DNA of 64,000 bases from an uncultured delta proteobacterium (GTDB lineage: Bacteria; Myxococcota_A; Polyangia; Polyangiales; Polyangiaceae), in contig CAVOKF010000008.1 of NCBI GenBank assembly GCA_963696385.1, positions 96,001-160,000 on the forward strand. Reading direction: 5' to 3'. The notes under the pieces were generated by a model. That model did not search any database, was not told the DNA's origin, and worked only from the letters and a program-made list of their open reading frames with translations. Shown piece by piece: positions 49,032 to 59,781 of this stretch. The position numbers and the translations under genes are program-made. Numbering within the stretch: position 1 is the first letter of the stretch; every line of letters starts with the position of its first letter.

Positions 49032-50146
49032 TCGCGGCCCCCGCCGATCGAGCCTCCTCGACGCGAGATGCCGTCCGGCCCACGGTCGTCGTGGTCAGTG
49101 GATTGTCGGGCGCCGGCAAATCGCAGGCTCTCAACGCGCTCGAAGACCTCGGTTTTTTTTGCGTCGACAACCTCCCGACGCTTCTCGCTCCGCAGGCGGT
49201 CGCCCTTTGCGAGCGCGGCGGCATCACGCTCGTCGCGCTGGGGATCGACGTCCGCGTGCGTGCGTTCCTCGGCGAGGTCGGTAGCGTATTGAAACTGCTC
49301 GAGGCCGGGGGGCAGCGCGACATCCACGTCCTCTTCCTGGACGCGAGCGACGAGACGCTGCTGCGCCGATTCAGCGAGACGCGTCGCCCGCATCCGCTGT
49401 CGGCCGAAGGCGCCGGCGGTGCGGAAGGCGCACTCGCCGTTCTGGATGGCGTGCGAGTGGAGCGCGAACGACTCGCACCGCTTCGCGCCAGCGCGACGCG
49501 AATCGTCGACACGACCAATACGAGCGTGCACGACCTCCGACGCATCCTGGTGGCGCACTTCGGCCCCGCCTCCGGCCGCGAAGGGCGCATGGTCGCTCGC
49601 ATCGTTTCTTTCGGATTCAAATACGGCACGCCCGTCGACGCCGATCTGGTCGTCGACGTGCGTTTCTTGGACAATCCCTACTTCGTGCCGGACCTCAAAC
49701 CGTTGACCGGCCTGGACACGGCCGTCAGTCGGTACGTGCTCTCCAACCAGGAGACGCAAGAATTTCTTCGCCGCACGCGCGCGCTCCTCGAATACGTCAT
49801 GCCGAGGTACGAACGCGAGGGCAAGAGCTACCTGACCATCGCGGTCGGGTGCACGGGCGGCCGCCACCGGTCGGTCGCGATCGCCGAGGCGCTCGCCCCC
49901 GAGCTCGCGGGCGCGGTCGGCATGACGGTGGCGGTGGTTCATCGCGATCTGCATCGCGGTTACTTCTCTGGCACTCCCGTTCCCGCGTTGAACCGCGAAA
50001 CCACCGAGGACGCCTCGCAGGACGAGCGTTCGAGCCAGCTCGAGCTCAAAGGTGCGGTCTCGGCGCGACCGCCGCAACCGGCCGGGCGCGAGACGGGGAC
50101 CGCCAGCGAGCCGGCGCGACCGAAAGCGTCGGGAGGGCGCCCGTGA
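49028..50146 (+). CDS. rapZ: RNase adapter RapZ/YvcJ-family P-loop protein
   Basis: SGLSGAGKS, CVDNLP, RRFSETRRPHP, SFGFKYG, DVRFL, GCTGGRHRSV. Confidence 0.95.
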   Translation: MIAAPADRASSTRDAVRPTVVVVSGLSGAGKSQALNALEDLGFFCVDNLPTLLAPQAVALCERGGITLVALGIDVRVRAFLGEVGSVLKLLEAGGQRDIHVLFLDASDETLLRRFSETRRPHPLSAEGAGGAEGALAVLDGVRVERERLAPLRASATRIVDTTNTSVHDLRRILVAHFGPASGREGRMVARIVSFGFKYGTPVDADLVVDVRFLDNPYFVPDLKPLTGLDTAVSRYVLSNQETQEFLRRTRALLEYVMPRYEREGKSYLTIAVGCTGGRHRSVAIAEALAPELAGAVGMTVAVVHRDLHRGYFSGTPVPALNRETTEDASQDERSSQLELKGAVSARPPQPAGRETGTASEPARPKASGGRP

Positions 50147-50418
50147 CAGAAGCAAGCGGTCGGTTCACCATCGTCAATCAGCTCGGGCTGCACGCCCGGG
50201 CCGCGACGAAGCTCGTGCAACTCGCGTCCAAGTTCCCATGCGACGTGGAGATCGTTCGCGAGGATCAGGTCGCGAACGGCAAGAGCGTCATGGGCGTTCT
50301 GTTGCTTTGCGGATCCATCGGCACGATCGTCGACGTGCAAGCGCGCGGGGATCTGGCAGAAGAGTGTGTCAAGGCGATCGGCGAGCTCATCGCCAGTCGC
50401 TTCGGTGAGCCTCGATGA
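50143..50418 (+). CDS. ptsH: Phosphocarrier protein HPr
   Basis: NQLGLHARAA (active His), NGKSVMG (regulatory Ser). Confidence 0.93.
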   Translation: MTEASGRFTIVNQLGLHARAATKLVQLASKFPCDVEIVREDQVANGKSVMGVLLLCGSIGTIVDVQARGDLAEECVKAIGELIASRFGEPR

Positions 50419-52319
50419 GCGGCCGGCCCCCGTCACCGCTGCCGCCGCCCGGCACACGCCCGCCGCCGAGCGGCGACCCGGGGGCGCTGCTGCGCACCGT
50501 ACTCAAGGGGATTGGCGGCAGCCCCGGCATCGCGGTCGCTCCGGCACTCGTCGTCGGCGACACGCGCGCCGCGTACGTGCGCAGGCACGTCGCCGTCGGG
50601 CAGATCGACGCCGAGATCGAACGGCTGATCCATGCCGTCAGCGCGGCCCGCCGACACATCCGCGAGGTGAGCGCGCGGCTTCCGGACGGTCCGCTCGAGA
50701 CGAATTCGATCTTGGACGCCTACATCGCGATGGTGGGCGATCCCATGCTTCTCGAGCGAATCGAGCGCAAGATTCGAGACGAGCGCAAGTGCGCCGAATG
50801 GGCCGTCGCGCAGGCCTGCGAGGACATCGGGAAACTCTTCTCGCCCAACGACGCGAACGAACGCGACGCGTACATCGTGGAGAGGCGACACGACATCGAG
50901 TTCGTGTGCGACCGGCTGCTGCGCGAACTGACCGGCGACACCAAGCAGCTCGTGCCGCGGCTCGACCAACCCATGGTCGTCGTGGCTCGCGATCTGTCGC
51001 CGGCCGACACGGCCGCGATGGTGCGAGAGCCGGTCGTGGGGTTCGTGACCGAGATCGGGACGCGGACGAGCCATACCGCGATCATGGCGCGGGCCCTCGA
51101 GATCCCGGCGCTCGTGGGTGTTGCCGACGCGCTGTCGATCGTGCGGACCGGCGACCTGCTGATCGTCGACGGACTGCGCGGCGAGCTGACAATCAACCCG
51201 AGCGAGGCGACGGTCGAAGACGCGCGCAACCGAGGCGCGCGACACCTGGCGTTTGCACGCGGACTCCTGAGCTCGCGCAACCAGCCTTGCGTGACGCTCG
51301 ACGGAGAGCCGGTGTGCCTCAAAGCGAACGTCGAGCTGCCGGCAGAGGCCATCCTGGCGCTCGATCACGGAGCCGAAGGGATTGGGCTTTACCGTACAGA
51401 GTTCATCTACATCGACCGAAAGAAGATGCCGACCGAGGACGAGCAGTATGAGCTCTATCGCGCCGTGGTCGAGGCCGTTGCGCCCCGGCCGGTGACGTTG
51501 CGCACGTTCGACATCGGGGGTGACAAGTTCGCTTCGAGCTTTCAACTGCCTGCGGAAATGAACCCAGCGCTCGGTCTGCGCGCCGTGCGCTTGGCGCTGT
51601 CGCGGCCGGATGTCTTCTTGACCCACCTGCGCGCGATGGTGCGGGCCAGCAGCCACGGCGACCTTCGGATCATGGTGCCCATGGTCTCGAGCGTGCAGGA
51701 GCTGCGCGAAGTGCGACGCCTGCTCGTGCGCGCGATGCACGAAGTCTCTCTCGCGGGGCATCCGTACGCCAAGCACATCCCGCTCGGAATCATGATCGAA
51801 GTGCCGAGTGCCGTCGTGATGGCCGACGTCCTCGCGCGCGAAGCGGAGTTTTTCAGCATCGGCACGAACGACCTGATTCAGTACACGCTCGCCATCGATC
51901 GCGGCAACCGCTCGCTCGCGCCTCTCGCCTCCCCGTTCCACCCCGCCATCTTGCGCATGATTCGGCAGGTCATCCTGGCGGCGGCGACCCACGGTGTTCC
52001 GGTCGCTCTCTGCGGCGCGATGGCAAGCGATCCGCTGGGGGCCGTTCTGCTCGTCGGGCTGGGGCTGCGCGAGCTGTCGATGGAAGCCGCGGCCGTTCCC
52101 GAGATCAAGGAAGCGCTCCGCCGCGTGTCGACGAGCGGTTGCGAACGCGCCGCCCAAGCCGCCCTCGAGCTCGATACCGCCGAGGCCGTCGAAGAGCTCA
52201 TCGCGGCCACCTTTGCGCCGGTCCTGTTCGACCTGCTGACAGGAAACGCCGACGAGCCCTTCAGTCTCGTCGAAAGCGGCGCGTTTCGCGACCCCTTGAA
52301 GACCATTCCGGATCGCTGA
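50415..52319 (+). CDS. ptsI: PEP-protein phosphotransferase enzyme I (no GAF domain)
   Basis: TSHTAIMAR, GIGLYRTE, RTFDIGGDK, SIGTNDLIQY. Confidence 0.95.
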   Translation: MSGRPPSPLPPPGTRPPPSGDPGALLRTVLKGIGGSPGIAVAPALVVGDTRAAYVRRHVAVGQIDAEIERLIHAVSAARRHIREVSARLPDGPLETNSILDAYIAMVGDPMLLERIERKIRDERKCAEWAVAQACEDIGKLFSPNDANERDAYIVERRHDIEFVCDRLLRELTGDTKQLVPRLDQPMVVVARDLSPADTAAMVREPVVGFVTEIGTRTSHTAIMARALEIPALVGVADALSIVRTGDLLIVDGLRGELTINPSEATVEDARNRGARHLAFARGLLSSRNQPCVTLDGEPVCLKANVELPAEAILALDHGAEGIGLYRTEFIYIDRKKMPTEDEQYELYRAVVEAVAPRPVTLRTFDIGGDKFASSFQLPAEMNPALGLRAVRLALSRPDVFLTHLRAMVRASSHGDLRIMVPMVSSVQELREVRRLLVRAMHEVSLAGHPYAKHIPLGIMIEVPSAVVMADVLAREAEFFSIGTNDLIQYTLAIDRGNRSLAPLASPFHPAILRMIRQVILAAATHGVPVALCGAMASDPLGAVLLVGLGLRELSMEAAAVPEIKEALRRVSTSGCERAAQAALELDTAEAVEELIAATFAPVLFDLLTGNADEPFSLVESGAFRDPLKTIPDR

Positions 52320-52339
52320 TCGCGCGCGATTCTCGCGTG

Positions 52340-52367
52340 TTGACTCGGACCCCGACATGCCTATACT
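52340..52367 (+). promoter_or_regulatory. Sigma70-type promoter of rpsO
   Basis: TTGACT-N16-TATACT, 24 nt upstream of the ATG. Confidence 0.6.
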
Positions 52368-52391
52368 ACGCGGCCCGCAACGGACGAAGTA

Positions 52392-52661
52392 ATGCCCCTC
52401 AACACCGACAAGAAAGCCGAAGTTCTCACCAAGTTTCGTACGCACGAGCACGACACGGGCTCGCCCGAGGTGCAGATCGCGCTGCTGACGGAGCGCATCG
52501 GCTATTTGACGGAGCACTTCAAGACACACTTGAAGGACCACCATTCGCGGCGGGGGCTTTTGCGGATGGTTTCGAAGCGTCGGCGTCTGCTCGACTACCT
52601 GCGCCGCGCCAGCCTCGAACGGTACCGACGGGTCGTCGGCGCGCTAAACCTTCGCAAGTAA
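52392..52661 (+). CDS. rpsO: 30S ribosomal protein S15
   Basis: [30 protein letters not shown]. Confidence 0.98.
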   Translation: MPLNTDKKAEVLTKFRTHEHDTGSPEVQIALLTERIGYLTEHFKTHLKDHHSRRGLLRMVSKRRRLLDYLRRASLERYRRVVGALNLRK

Positions 52662-52916
52662 TCTCCCGTGGCGCCTGCGCCATGGCGGGCTCGGGCCGGG
52701 CGGTGTAAAGTCGCCGCCGTCCAAACTAAACCAACCGAGTTCCGCGGCCACGACCTTTTGCTCTTCGATTCGCGCGCATCAGTCGCATTCGCGCCGGTTT
52801 GAGCTTGTCCGCGTCGCGCCATTGGCGTGCGCGAACCGAGGATCAAAGGCGACCCGTAGACTCGGCGTCGAGCCGCACGAACGCGGCCGCTGCGCTTGTG
52901 AGCGCTCAGAGTCCCG

Positions 52917-55175
52917 ATGTCCTTTGTCCGCGAATCCGTCCTCCTCAATGGCAAGCCTCTCGTGTTCGAGACCGGGCGGCTCGCCAAGCAAGCCCATGGA
53001 TCGGTGCTCGTCACCTACGGCGAAAGCGTCGTTCTGGTGACAGCGGTCAGCGGGGACGAGCGCCCCGGGATCGATTTCTTTCCCCTGACTTGCGACTACG
53101 TCGAAAAGACCTTCGCCGCCGGCAAAATTCCCGGCGGGTTCTTCAAGCGCGAGGGGCGCCAGCGCGACGAAGAAATCTTGACGTCGCGTCTCATCGACCG
53201 ACCGTGCCGGCCGCTCTTCCCCGAAGGGTATCGCAACGACACGCAGGTCATCGCCACAGTCCTGTCGAGCGACAAGGACAACCCGACCGACGTGCTTGCG
53301 ATGACCGCCGCGAGCGCGGCCCTGCACATTTCCGAAATCCCGTGGAGCGGTCCTTTCGTCGCCGTTCGCGTCGCGCGCGTCGAAGGCGAGTTCGTCTCGT
53401 ACCCCACGTTCGAGCAGCAAGCCAAAGGCGACATCGACCTCGTCGTGGCGTGCTCGAAAGACGCGATCGTGATGGTCGAAGGCGGAGCGAACGAGGCCGG
53501 CGAGAGCGACATCATCGATGCGCTGATGTTTGCGCACAGTTCGGCACAGCCCATCCTGGAGCTCATCGAGCGCATGCGCGCCGCCGTGGGAAAACCAAAG
53601 CGCACGTTCGAGAAAAAGGCGCTGTCGCGCGACGTCGCCGACCGCGTCAAAGACCTGTGCGACACGGACATTCTGGCGGCCTCGCTCATCAAGGAAAAAA
53701 AGGCGCGCTACGACGCCTACAAGGCGACCAAAGCGAAACTGACCGAGACGCTCACAAGAGAAATCGGGGCCGATCGGTACGCGCAAGTCGAGAAACTCGT
53801 GAAAGAAGAGTTCGAGGAGCGCAAGTATCACGTCGTTCGCGCCTACGTGCTCAACGAGCGAAAGCGCATCGACGGGCGCGACATGAAGACGATCCGGCCG
53901 ATTGTCTGTGAGGTCGGCATTTTCCCGCGCACGCACGGATCGGCGCTCTTCCAGCGCGGGGAGACCCAGGCCGCCGTCGTGACGACGCTCGGGACGTCGA
54001 GCGACGAGCAAAAGATCGACGCCCTCATCGGCGAGCGCTGGAAGCGCTTCATGCTCCATTACAACTTTCCGCCCTATTCGACAGGCGAGACCAAGCCTCT
54101 GCGCGGACCGGGCCGACGCGAGATCGGCCACGGCGCACTCGCAGAGCGCGCCCTTTTGCGCATGATCCCGGACGAGGAGCGTTTTCCTTACACGATCCGA
54201 GTCGTGAGCGAGATTCTCGAATCGAACGGCAGCTCGTCGATGGCAAGCGTCTGCGGCGGAACCCTCAGCCTCATGGACGCCGGCGTCCCCATCAAGTCGC
54301 CGGTCGCGGGGATCGCGATGGGACTCATCAGCGACGGCCCGCTCACCGAGGCGAGGACGCGCGTGGCCATCCTGAGCGACATCTTGGGAGATGAAGACCA
54401 CCTCGGCGACATGGATTTCAAAGTCTGCGGAACGAAAAAGGGCGTCACCGCGATTCAGATGGACATCAAGATCGCGGGACTGTCGCGCGACGTGCTCTCA
54501 CAGGCGCTCGATCAAGCTCGGGAAGCCCGTCTCTTCATCCTCGACAAGATGCTCGGGACTCTCGCGCAAACGCGGACCGACCTTTCGAAGTGGGCGCCGC
54601 GGATCACCCAGATCAAGGTCAAACCGGACCAAATTCGGCTCATCATCGGCCCGGGCGGCAAGACGATCAAGGGCATCATCGACCAGACCGGGGTTGCCAT
54701 CGACGTCGACGACGATGGGACCGTGAACGTCGCGTCCGCCGACAGCGACGCCGTCAAGAAAGCGCTCGACATCATCAAGGGACTGACGACCGAGCCGGAG
54801 GTCGGCACCGTCTACAAGGGGGTGGTGACGCGAATCGCCGATTTCGGCGCATTCATCGAGATTCTGCCGGGAACCGACGGACTCTTGCATGTCTCGGAGA
54901 TGGCGCACCACCGCGTCGACAAGGTGACCGACGTGATGAAGGAGGGGGACTCGGTCGACGTGAAAGTCCTCTCGGTCGATCGCGACGGCAAGATCCGACT
55001 GACCCGGCGCGAGCTCCTGCCGCTGCCCGAGGGCGCCGAAGGCGAACGCGCCCAGCAACGCATGCAACAGGCCCGCGAGGCGGGAGGGCCCCCGCCGCGC
55101 AGCGGCGGCGGACGCGACCGGGACCGTCGCGAAGGACCGCCGCGAGACTCCCGATCGGGTGGACCGCGGCGCTAG
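52917..55175 (+). CDS. pnp: Polyribonucleotide nucleotidyltransferase
   Basis: FFPLTCDY, IPGGFFKREG, RREIGHG, SNGSSSMAS, GDMDFKV, KH and S1 domains. Confidence 0.98.
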   Translation: MSFVRESVLLNGKPLVFETGRLAKQAHGSVLVTYGESVVLVTAVSGDERPGIDFFPLTCDYVEKTFAAGKIPGGFFKREGRQRDEEILTSRLIDRPCRPLFPEGYRNDTQVIATVLSSDKDNPTDVLAMTAASAALHISEIPWSGPFVAVRVARVEGEFVSYPTFEQQAKGDIDLVVACSKDAIVMVEGGANEAGESDIIDALMFAHSSAQPILELIERMRAAVGKPKRTFEKKALSRDVADRVKDLCDTDILAASLIKEKKARYDAYKATKAKLTETLTREIGADRYAQVEKLVKEEFEERKYHVVRAYVLNERKRIDGRDMKTIRPIVCEVGIFPRTHGSALFQRGETQAAVVTTLGTSSDEQKIDALIGERWKRFMLHYNFPPYSTGETKPLRGPGRREIGHGALAERALLRMIPDEERFPYTIRVVSEILESNGSSSMASVCGGTLSLMDAGVPIKSPVAGIAMGLISDGPLTEARTRVAILSDILGDEDHLGDMDFKVCGTKKGVTAIQMDIKIAGLSRDVLSQALDQAREARLFILDKMLGTLAQTRTDLSKWAPRITQIKVKPDQIRLIIGPGGKTIKGIIDQTGVAIDVDDDGTVNVASADSDAVKKALDIIKGLTTEPEVGTVYKGVVTRIADFGAFIEILPGTDGLLHVSEMAHHRVDKVTDVMKEGDSVDVKVLSVDRDGKIRLTRRELLPLPEGAEGERAQQRMQQAREAGGPPPRSGGGRDRDRREGPPRDSRSGGPRR

Positions 55176-55188
55176 GGCTTTGGGGCGA

Positions 55189-56679
55189 TCAGCGCGACAT
55201 CGCGCGCACCGGCTCGTAGCCTTCCCGACGGAGGACGACGTAGCCGGCCCCCCGCGTTCCAAGCGCAAGCCAGCTGGCCGGGCGAAAGCGGCGGGCGATC
55301 AGCTCGTCGCGAGCGAGCCGCGCCTCGACGACGCGCGGATACACGGCGTCGCGCCAGGCGTCGAGCCGGCCGCCGGGTAACCCGTTGGGCGCGTAGAGGA
55401 TCAAGGTGTCCGGCCGCCGCCCCAGCAAGAACGTCGCGCTGACCCGTTTGGACGTATGTCCCCCGGGCAGAACGGCGATTTCGGGGTCCGTCACCCCCGC
55501 CAGATCGACGATGTCGGCCTCGGTCGCCGCACCGACCCAGCCGACGTCGAGCGCGGCGACTCGTCGCGCGCGTTCGAGCCAGGGCCGGGCGGCGGCCACG
55601 AGCGCCTCTCGTTCGTCGCCGACCGAACGCCCCCGCGTTGCCCCGCGCCCGCAGAGCACGAGGCCGATCCCCAGGGCCACCACGCTCCGGGCGGCGGTCG
55701 CGACGGGGCGAGCCACGACGCTCAGCAGACACGCCGCGAAGGCCAGCGACGGAAGGACCGGCACGCACACGCGAGCGTACGGCATCCAATCGCCGCCCAC
55801 CGCGACGATGGCCGCGGCGTGGACGCCTGCCGCACAGACGATGGCGGCGCCACGGGGGCAGCGCAGCAGCGCGAACGGAGCGACCACCAGGACCGGCAGC
55901 AGCGTGACGACGAAGGCAGCGCCGACGTAGTTCAGACCGACCGTCATGTCGCTCGGCTTGGCCCAGAGAGCCAAAGGTGCGGGATGACCCCAGGCCGCCA
56001 GCCGCACGGCACCACAGGTCGCGAACGGAACGAGCGCCACAGCGCAGGCCGAGATCACGGCGCCCCACGGCTGATTCCGGGCCATCGCGATGCCCGCGCC
56101 GAGGGCAATCGCCCAGAGCACCATTTCCGGCCGGAATGCCGCGGCAAGTCCCGCCAGTCCAGCCGCCGGCAGCGACCGCCGCTGGAGGGCCGCGCACGTC
56201 GCGAGCAGCGTCGCGATGGCGGTCTCCATGCCGCTCACCGCGTGGGCCGCAAGCGGCACGCACAAGAGCACGGCACCGAGCGACGCCGCGCGCGCCCAGA
56301 GGGCGGCGCCCTGCACGCCCCCAATCGACCGACCGAGCGCAGCGCCCCCCATCGTCCAAGCGCAAAGCCCGAGGCCCTTGACCCGATGAAGAACCGCCAG
56401 AGCTCCGGCGCGCGCGAGTGGCGCCACCAGGATCGGCCATGGAAGAGGAGTCACGCCGTCGGTGGTCGGGCCACCCACGTTGAAGCGCCAGCCGATTCCT
56501 GCGTCGAGATGACGCGCGTAGCGAACCGAGATCAACGCGTCGTCGACCGTAAATCCCCACATCCACAGCGCCGGAATCGCGGCCGTCAGCGCACCGGCCA
56601 TCGCCCATGCGGCGGAACCGAGCCACGGCCTCGGGGTTGACGGCGAAGCCGGCCGAACGCCCGCTATCAGGCCTGCCAC
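55189..56679 (-). CDS. Polytopic membrane protein, putative GT-C (AftB/PMT-like) glycosyltransferase; start uncertain
   Basis: VDDALISVRYARHL..GIG.RFN...DGVT, SGMET, FRPE, GGDWMP motifs in a hydrophobic protein. Confidence 0.6.
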   Translation of the reverse strand: MAGLIAGVRPASPSTPRPWLGSAAWAMAGALTAAIPALWMWGFTVDDALISVRYARHLDAGIGWRFNVGGPTTDGVTPLPWPILVAPLARAGALAVLHRVKGLGLCAWTMGGAALGRSIGGVQGAALWARAASLGAVLLCVPLAAHAVSGMETAIATLLATCAALQRRSLPAAGLAGLAAAFRPEMVLWAIALGAGIAMARNQPWGAVISACAVALVPFATCGAVRLAAWGHPAPLALWAKPSDMTVGLNYVGAAFVVTLLPVLVVAPFALLRCPRGAAIVCAAGVHAAAIVAVGGDWMPYARVCVPVLPSLAFAACLLSVVARPVATAARSVVALGIGLVLCGRGATRGRSVGDEREALVAAARPWLERARRVAALDVGWVGAATEADIVDLAGVTDPEIAVLPGGHTSKRVSATFLLGRRPDTLILYAPNGLPGGRLDAWRDAVYPRVVEARLARDELIARRFRPASWLALGTRGAGYVVLRREGYEPVRAMSR

Positions 56680-56785
56680 GCTCTGTCCAATACCCTGCAC
56701 GCTACGCCGAAAAGTACGTGGTTGCACGCGCCGGTTTCTACGATTCGGATGCACCGCAAGGCGCGGTGCCCCCCAGCCGGATCGA

Positions 56786-59293
56786 ATGCGCTTCGAGATT
56801 GTCATCGCCCATCCACCCCACCCTGGCGAGCCGCCGTCTCGTCCGGCCTTTTTGCCCGGGTCGAATGCAGTCGTCGACGGCAGCGTCCCGCGCGTCCGGT
56901 GGCGCCACGCCCGCGAGGTGATCGACGTCTTCATCGACGGCGCGAAGGTCACGGCGGGCGTTCGCGAGACCCACGGCGCGTTCGTCTTGCGCGACTTGGC
57001 CCTTTCGCTGGTCGATCTGTCGCGGCGGCCGCGCGCAAAGGCCACCGTGCGCTTTTACGACGAGCCGTGGGAAATGTGCGTCGAGCGCTTCGGACCGACC
57101 GCCTGCCTCAGCGTCTACCGCGCAGGCCCCGATCCGATCCTGGCCATCTACGATCGCGCCGTCCCTTTCGACGACGTGGTGGCGGCCGCGCGGGAGGCCA
57201 TCGACGGACTCGTCGCCCAGGGTATGGCAGACGGAGCGGCCCGACTGGAACTGGCGTCGGCCGGCCAACAGTTGGGCGATCTGGAGTCGGCGGCCACCTC
57301 GAGCGACGTGGGGGTGCCCCCGCCGATGCCCGTTACGGTCGATCCGGACCGGGACGCACCGCTGTCGTTCGGTGCGGAATTCGCCATTCGCGCGGGGGTT
57401 CCGCCGACGCGAATGGCGCCGCGATCCTCCGAGCACGACCTCGATCCCGCGACCGGTGAGGCCGTCGAGCGGTCCGACGTGCACGCTTTGCTCTTCCGCG
57501 GTCGCATGCGCGCCGAGATCCACGGTCGCAGCATCGACATCGGCGACTGCCTTCCGATGCTCGTCGCCGAGCGAATCGTCGACGTAGCGCGCCGCGCTTT
57601 CGACGCCTGGGAGCGGGGCCTCGCATTCCACGCGCGAGGCGAAGCCGGCGGGGTCGTCATCGGGATCCGCGTTTCTCAAGACGGCGAACTGGCCCTCACG
57701 CTCGGAGCGGTCAGGGGCACCTCGGGTCGCACTGTGCACACGTTCCCGGCGCTCGGCGTCGTCGACATGCTCGAGGCGGCGCTCGCCTTCGGCCGCGCGC
57801 TCGTGCGCGCCATCCTGCGCCGCGACCGCTCTCAATCCGCCAATCTGCGCCTGAGCGCCTTGCGCCGCGCCCTTCGCGAGTCGACGGACGCCTTGCACCA
57901 CGTCAGTCAGACCGACGCCCGGATCAATCCGACGCCCGAGCCGTACCGGGCCTTTGCCGCTGCGCTCGAAGAGACCCGTCCGGCCGATCCCGAGGGGCTG
58001 ACGGCTTCACGCCTGCGCTACGCGCCCCGCTGGCGAGCCATCATTCCGGGAATCGACTTGCGCGCCACGTACCTCTGCGGCGAGCGAGTCATCGTCGGGG
58101 CTGCCGCCGAGATGTGGGCGATGGATCGAGCGACCGGGCGCGTCCTCTGGCAGAACGACGTCCCACGCGGCGCGAGCATCGTCTCGCCGGCGGGAATCGT
58201 GCGCATCGCCGCCGACGGGGTGCTCGGAGTGTACGACTTCGAGACGGGGCAGCGCGGGCTCCGAACGCGCATTGCTCCGCGCCTGGGCGGTCCAGTCGCC
58301 GGCGCGGTCGTCCACTTGCCCGGACTTGCCCGCCTCGTCGTCGTCACCGAAGGCGACCATCATCTGGTGGCCATCGACTTGGCGACCGGCGAACCGCGTT
58401 GGCGATGGTCGTGGGGCGCCACGCGCGGGGCAACACGCCGCGCGCCACGCATCAAGCGGGCCGGGCGACTGCTCTACTTCACCTGCGGAGACGGCGCGCT
58501 CACCGCGCTCGACGTCATGACCGGATCGGTCGTGTGGCGGGTGCGCGATCGCTTCCGGTTTCGCACTCCTCCCACGGTGGCCAAGGACGCGCTCTTCGTC
58601 GTGTCCGGTGGCGCCCACGGAGTGGCCCGGCTCTATTGCATCGATCCGTACGCGGGGCAGGTTCGTTGGATGACACCGCTCGCCGAGCCCTGCGCGCCGT
58701 GCACGGTCGAAGGAGCTCCGCTCGTGGCCGGCAGCGCCGTTGCCGTCGCGGTGCGCCAGAAGACCGGCCTGGCGCTGGCCACGTTTCGTCTCGAGGACGG
58801 TGCGGCGCTCGGGCCCACGCATCGAACCGAAGCCGGGCGCGGCGCGGCGACGGCGGTGGGCACGTCCTGGCTCGCGGTCGACGACGTGTTCATCGGCAAC
58901 GCGCCAACCGGCGACATCGTCGCGGTCGACGCGACCAGCGGTGAACTTCGGTGGCGGCACGTGCTCGGCCCCCGGCCTCTCGAGGCCGACGTCCCTCGGC
59001 GGCTGGAGCCAATCCTGCGCTGCGGCGCTCTGTTCGTGCCGTGCTCTCTCGTATCGCAAGAGCCCCGGGCAACGCCGGCCACCCGGGGCGCGTCCGACGC
59101 CGCCGACCCGCGAGCCGCGGCCGGTGTGTGCATTTTGCGCCCTTCGGACGGCGCCCTCATCGGCGCGATTTCGCCGACGGAAGCGATTCCCGATCTGCTG
59201 CGCGTCGACGAGCGGTGCGACGTCTATGTCGCCGAGGAAAGCGGGCATATGGCCGCCTTCGGCGCTCTTCCGCGCCTATCGCTGGTCCGTTAG
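56786..59293 (+). CDS. Protein with unknown N-terminal region and PQQ/BamB-like beta-propeller repeats
   Basis: Repeated A[LMIV]DxxTGxxxW units (AMDRATGRVLW, AIDLATGEPRW, ALDVMTGSVVW, AVDATSGELRW). Confidence 0.8.
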   Translation: MRFEIVIAHPPHPGEPPSRPAFLPGSNAVVDGSVPRVRWRHAREVIDVFIDGAKVTAGVRETHGAFVLRDLALSLVDLSRRPRAKATVRFYDEPWEMCVERFGPTACLSVYRAGPDPILAIYDRAVPFDDVVAAAREAIDGLVAQGMADGAARLELASAGQQLGDLESAATSSDVGVPPPMPVTVDPDRDAPLSFGAEFAIRAGVPPTRMAPRSSEHDLDPATGEAVERSDVHALLFRGRMRAEIHGRSIDIGDCLPMLVAERIVDVARRAFDAWERGLAFHARGEAGGVVIGIRVSQDGELALTLGAVRGTSGRTVHTFPALGVVDMLEAALAFGRALVRAILRRDRSQSANLRLSALRRALRESTDALHHVSQTDARINPTPEPYRAFAAALEETRPADPEGLTASRLRYAPRWRAIIPGIDLRATYLCGERVIVGAAAEMWAMDRATGRVLWQNDVPRGASIVSPAGIVRIAADGVLGVYDFETGQRGLRTRIAPRLGGPVAGAVVHLPGLARLVVVTEGDHHLVAIDLATGEPRWRWSWGATRGATRRAPRIKRAGRLLYFTCGDGALTALDVMTGSVVWRVRDRFRFRTPPTVAKDALFVVSGGAHGVARLYCIDPYAGQVRWMTPLAEPCAPCTVEGAPLVAGSAVAVAVRQKTGLALATFRLEDGAALGPTHRTEAGRGAATAVGTSWLAVDDVFIGNAPTGDIVAVDATSGELRWRHVLGPRPLEADVPRRLEPILRCGALFVPCSLVSQEPRATPATRGASDAADPRAAAGVCILRPSDGALIGAISPTEAIPDLLRVDERCDVYVAEESGHMAAFGALPRLSLVR

Positions 59294-59450
59294 TACGCGC
59301 TGGAGTTGCGACGAGCCTCGTGGCCGGCGGTACCCCTTCGGGCGGAGCCCACAAGGCCATCGTTCTCGTGCACCGCCGACATCGACCGCGGGGCACGAGT
59401 CGCGTGCCGGTCGTTGCGAGAGGGCCCGTACGCGCTACTCTTTGAGAGTC

Positions 59451-59774
59451 GTGCAAGTCTGCGTCCGTTGCGGAAAAGCTGCGCCGGAGACGGATACGAA
59501 CTACACGCTCATCAGCGCCCAGTTCGGCTGGCGGTTGGCGCGTGCTCGGAGAGGCGACGGCACAACCGTGCTCGAATGGCGGTGTCCGCCGTGTTGGCTC
59601 GAACACAAGAAGCAGCGGACGGCGACACCGTCCGACAAGCCGGCCATCGGATTGCTGCCGTCGCGCGCCCGGCCGGCTGAACCGACTCGCCAAGCCGCGG
59701 ATGGGAGCGCGCCGTCGGGCACCCACAGGCCACCGACGGGCGGTTCGCGGCGTCCGAGCCGATTCTCGCGCTGA
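59451..59774 (+). CDS. Small putative zinc-ribbon protein
   Basis: CVRC...TNYTLISAQFGWRL...WRCPPCW, two CxxC pairs. Confidence 0.55.
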   Translation: MQVCVRCGKAAPETDTNYTLISAQFGWRLARARRGDGTTVLEWRCPPCWLEHKKQRTATPSDKPAIGLLPSRARPAEPTRQAADGSAPSGTHRPPTGGSRRPSRFSR

Positions 59775-59781
59775 GGGCCTA

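Noticed and set aside
50433..54401. Long antisense ORFs over ptsI, pnp and others
   Set aside because: Expected shadow ORFs in high-GC DNA with biased codon usage; no motifs
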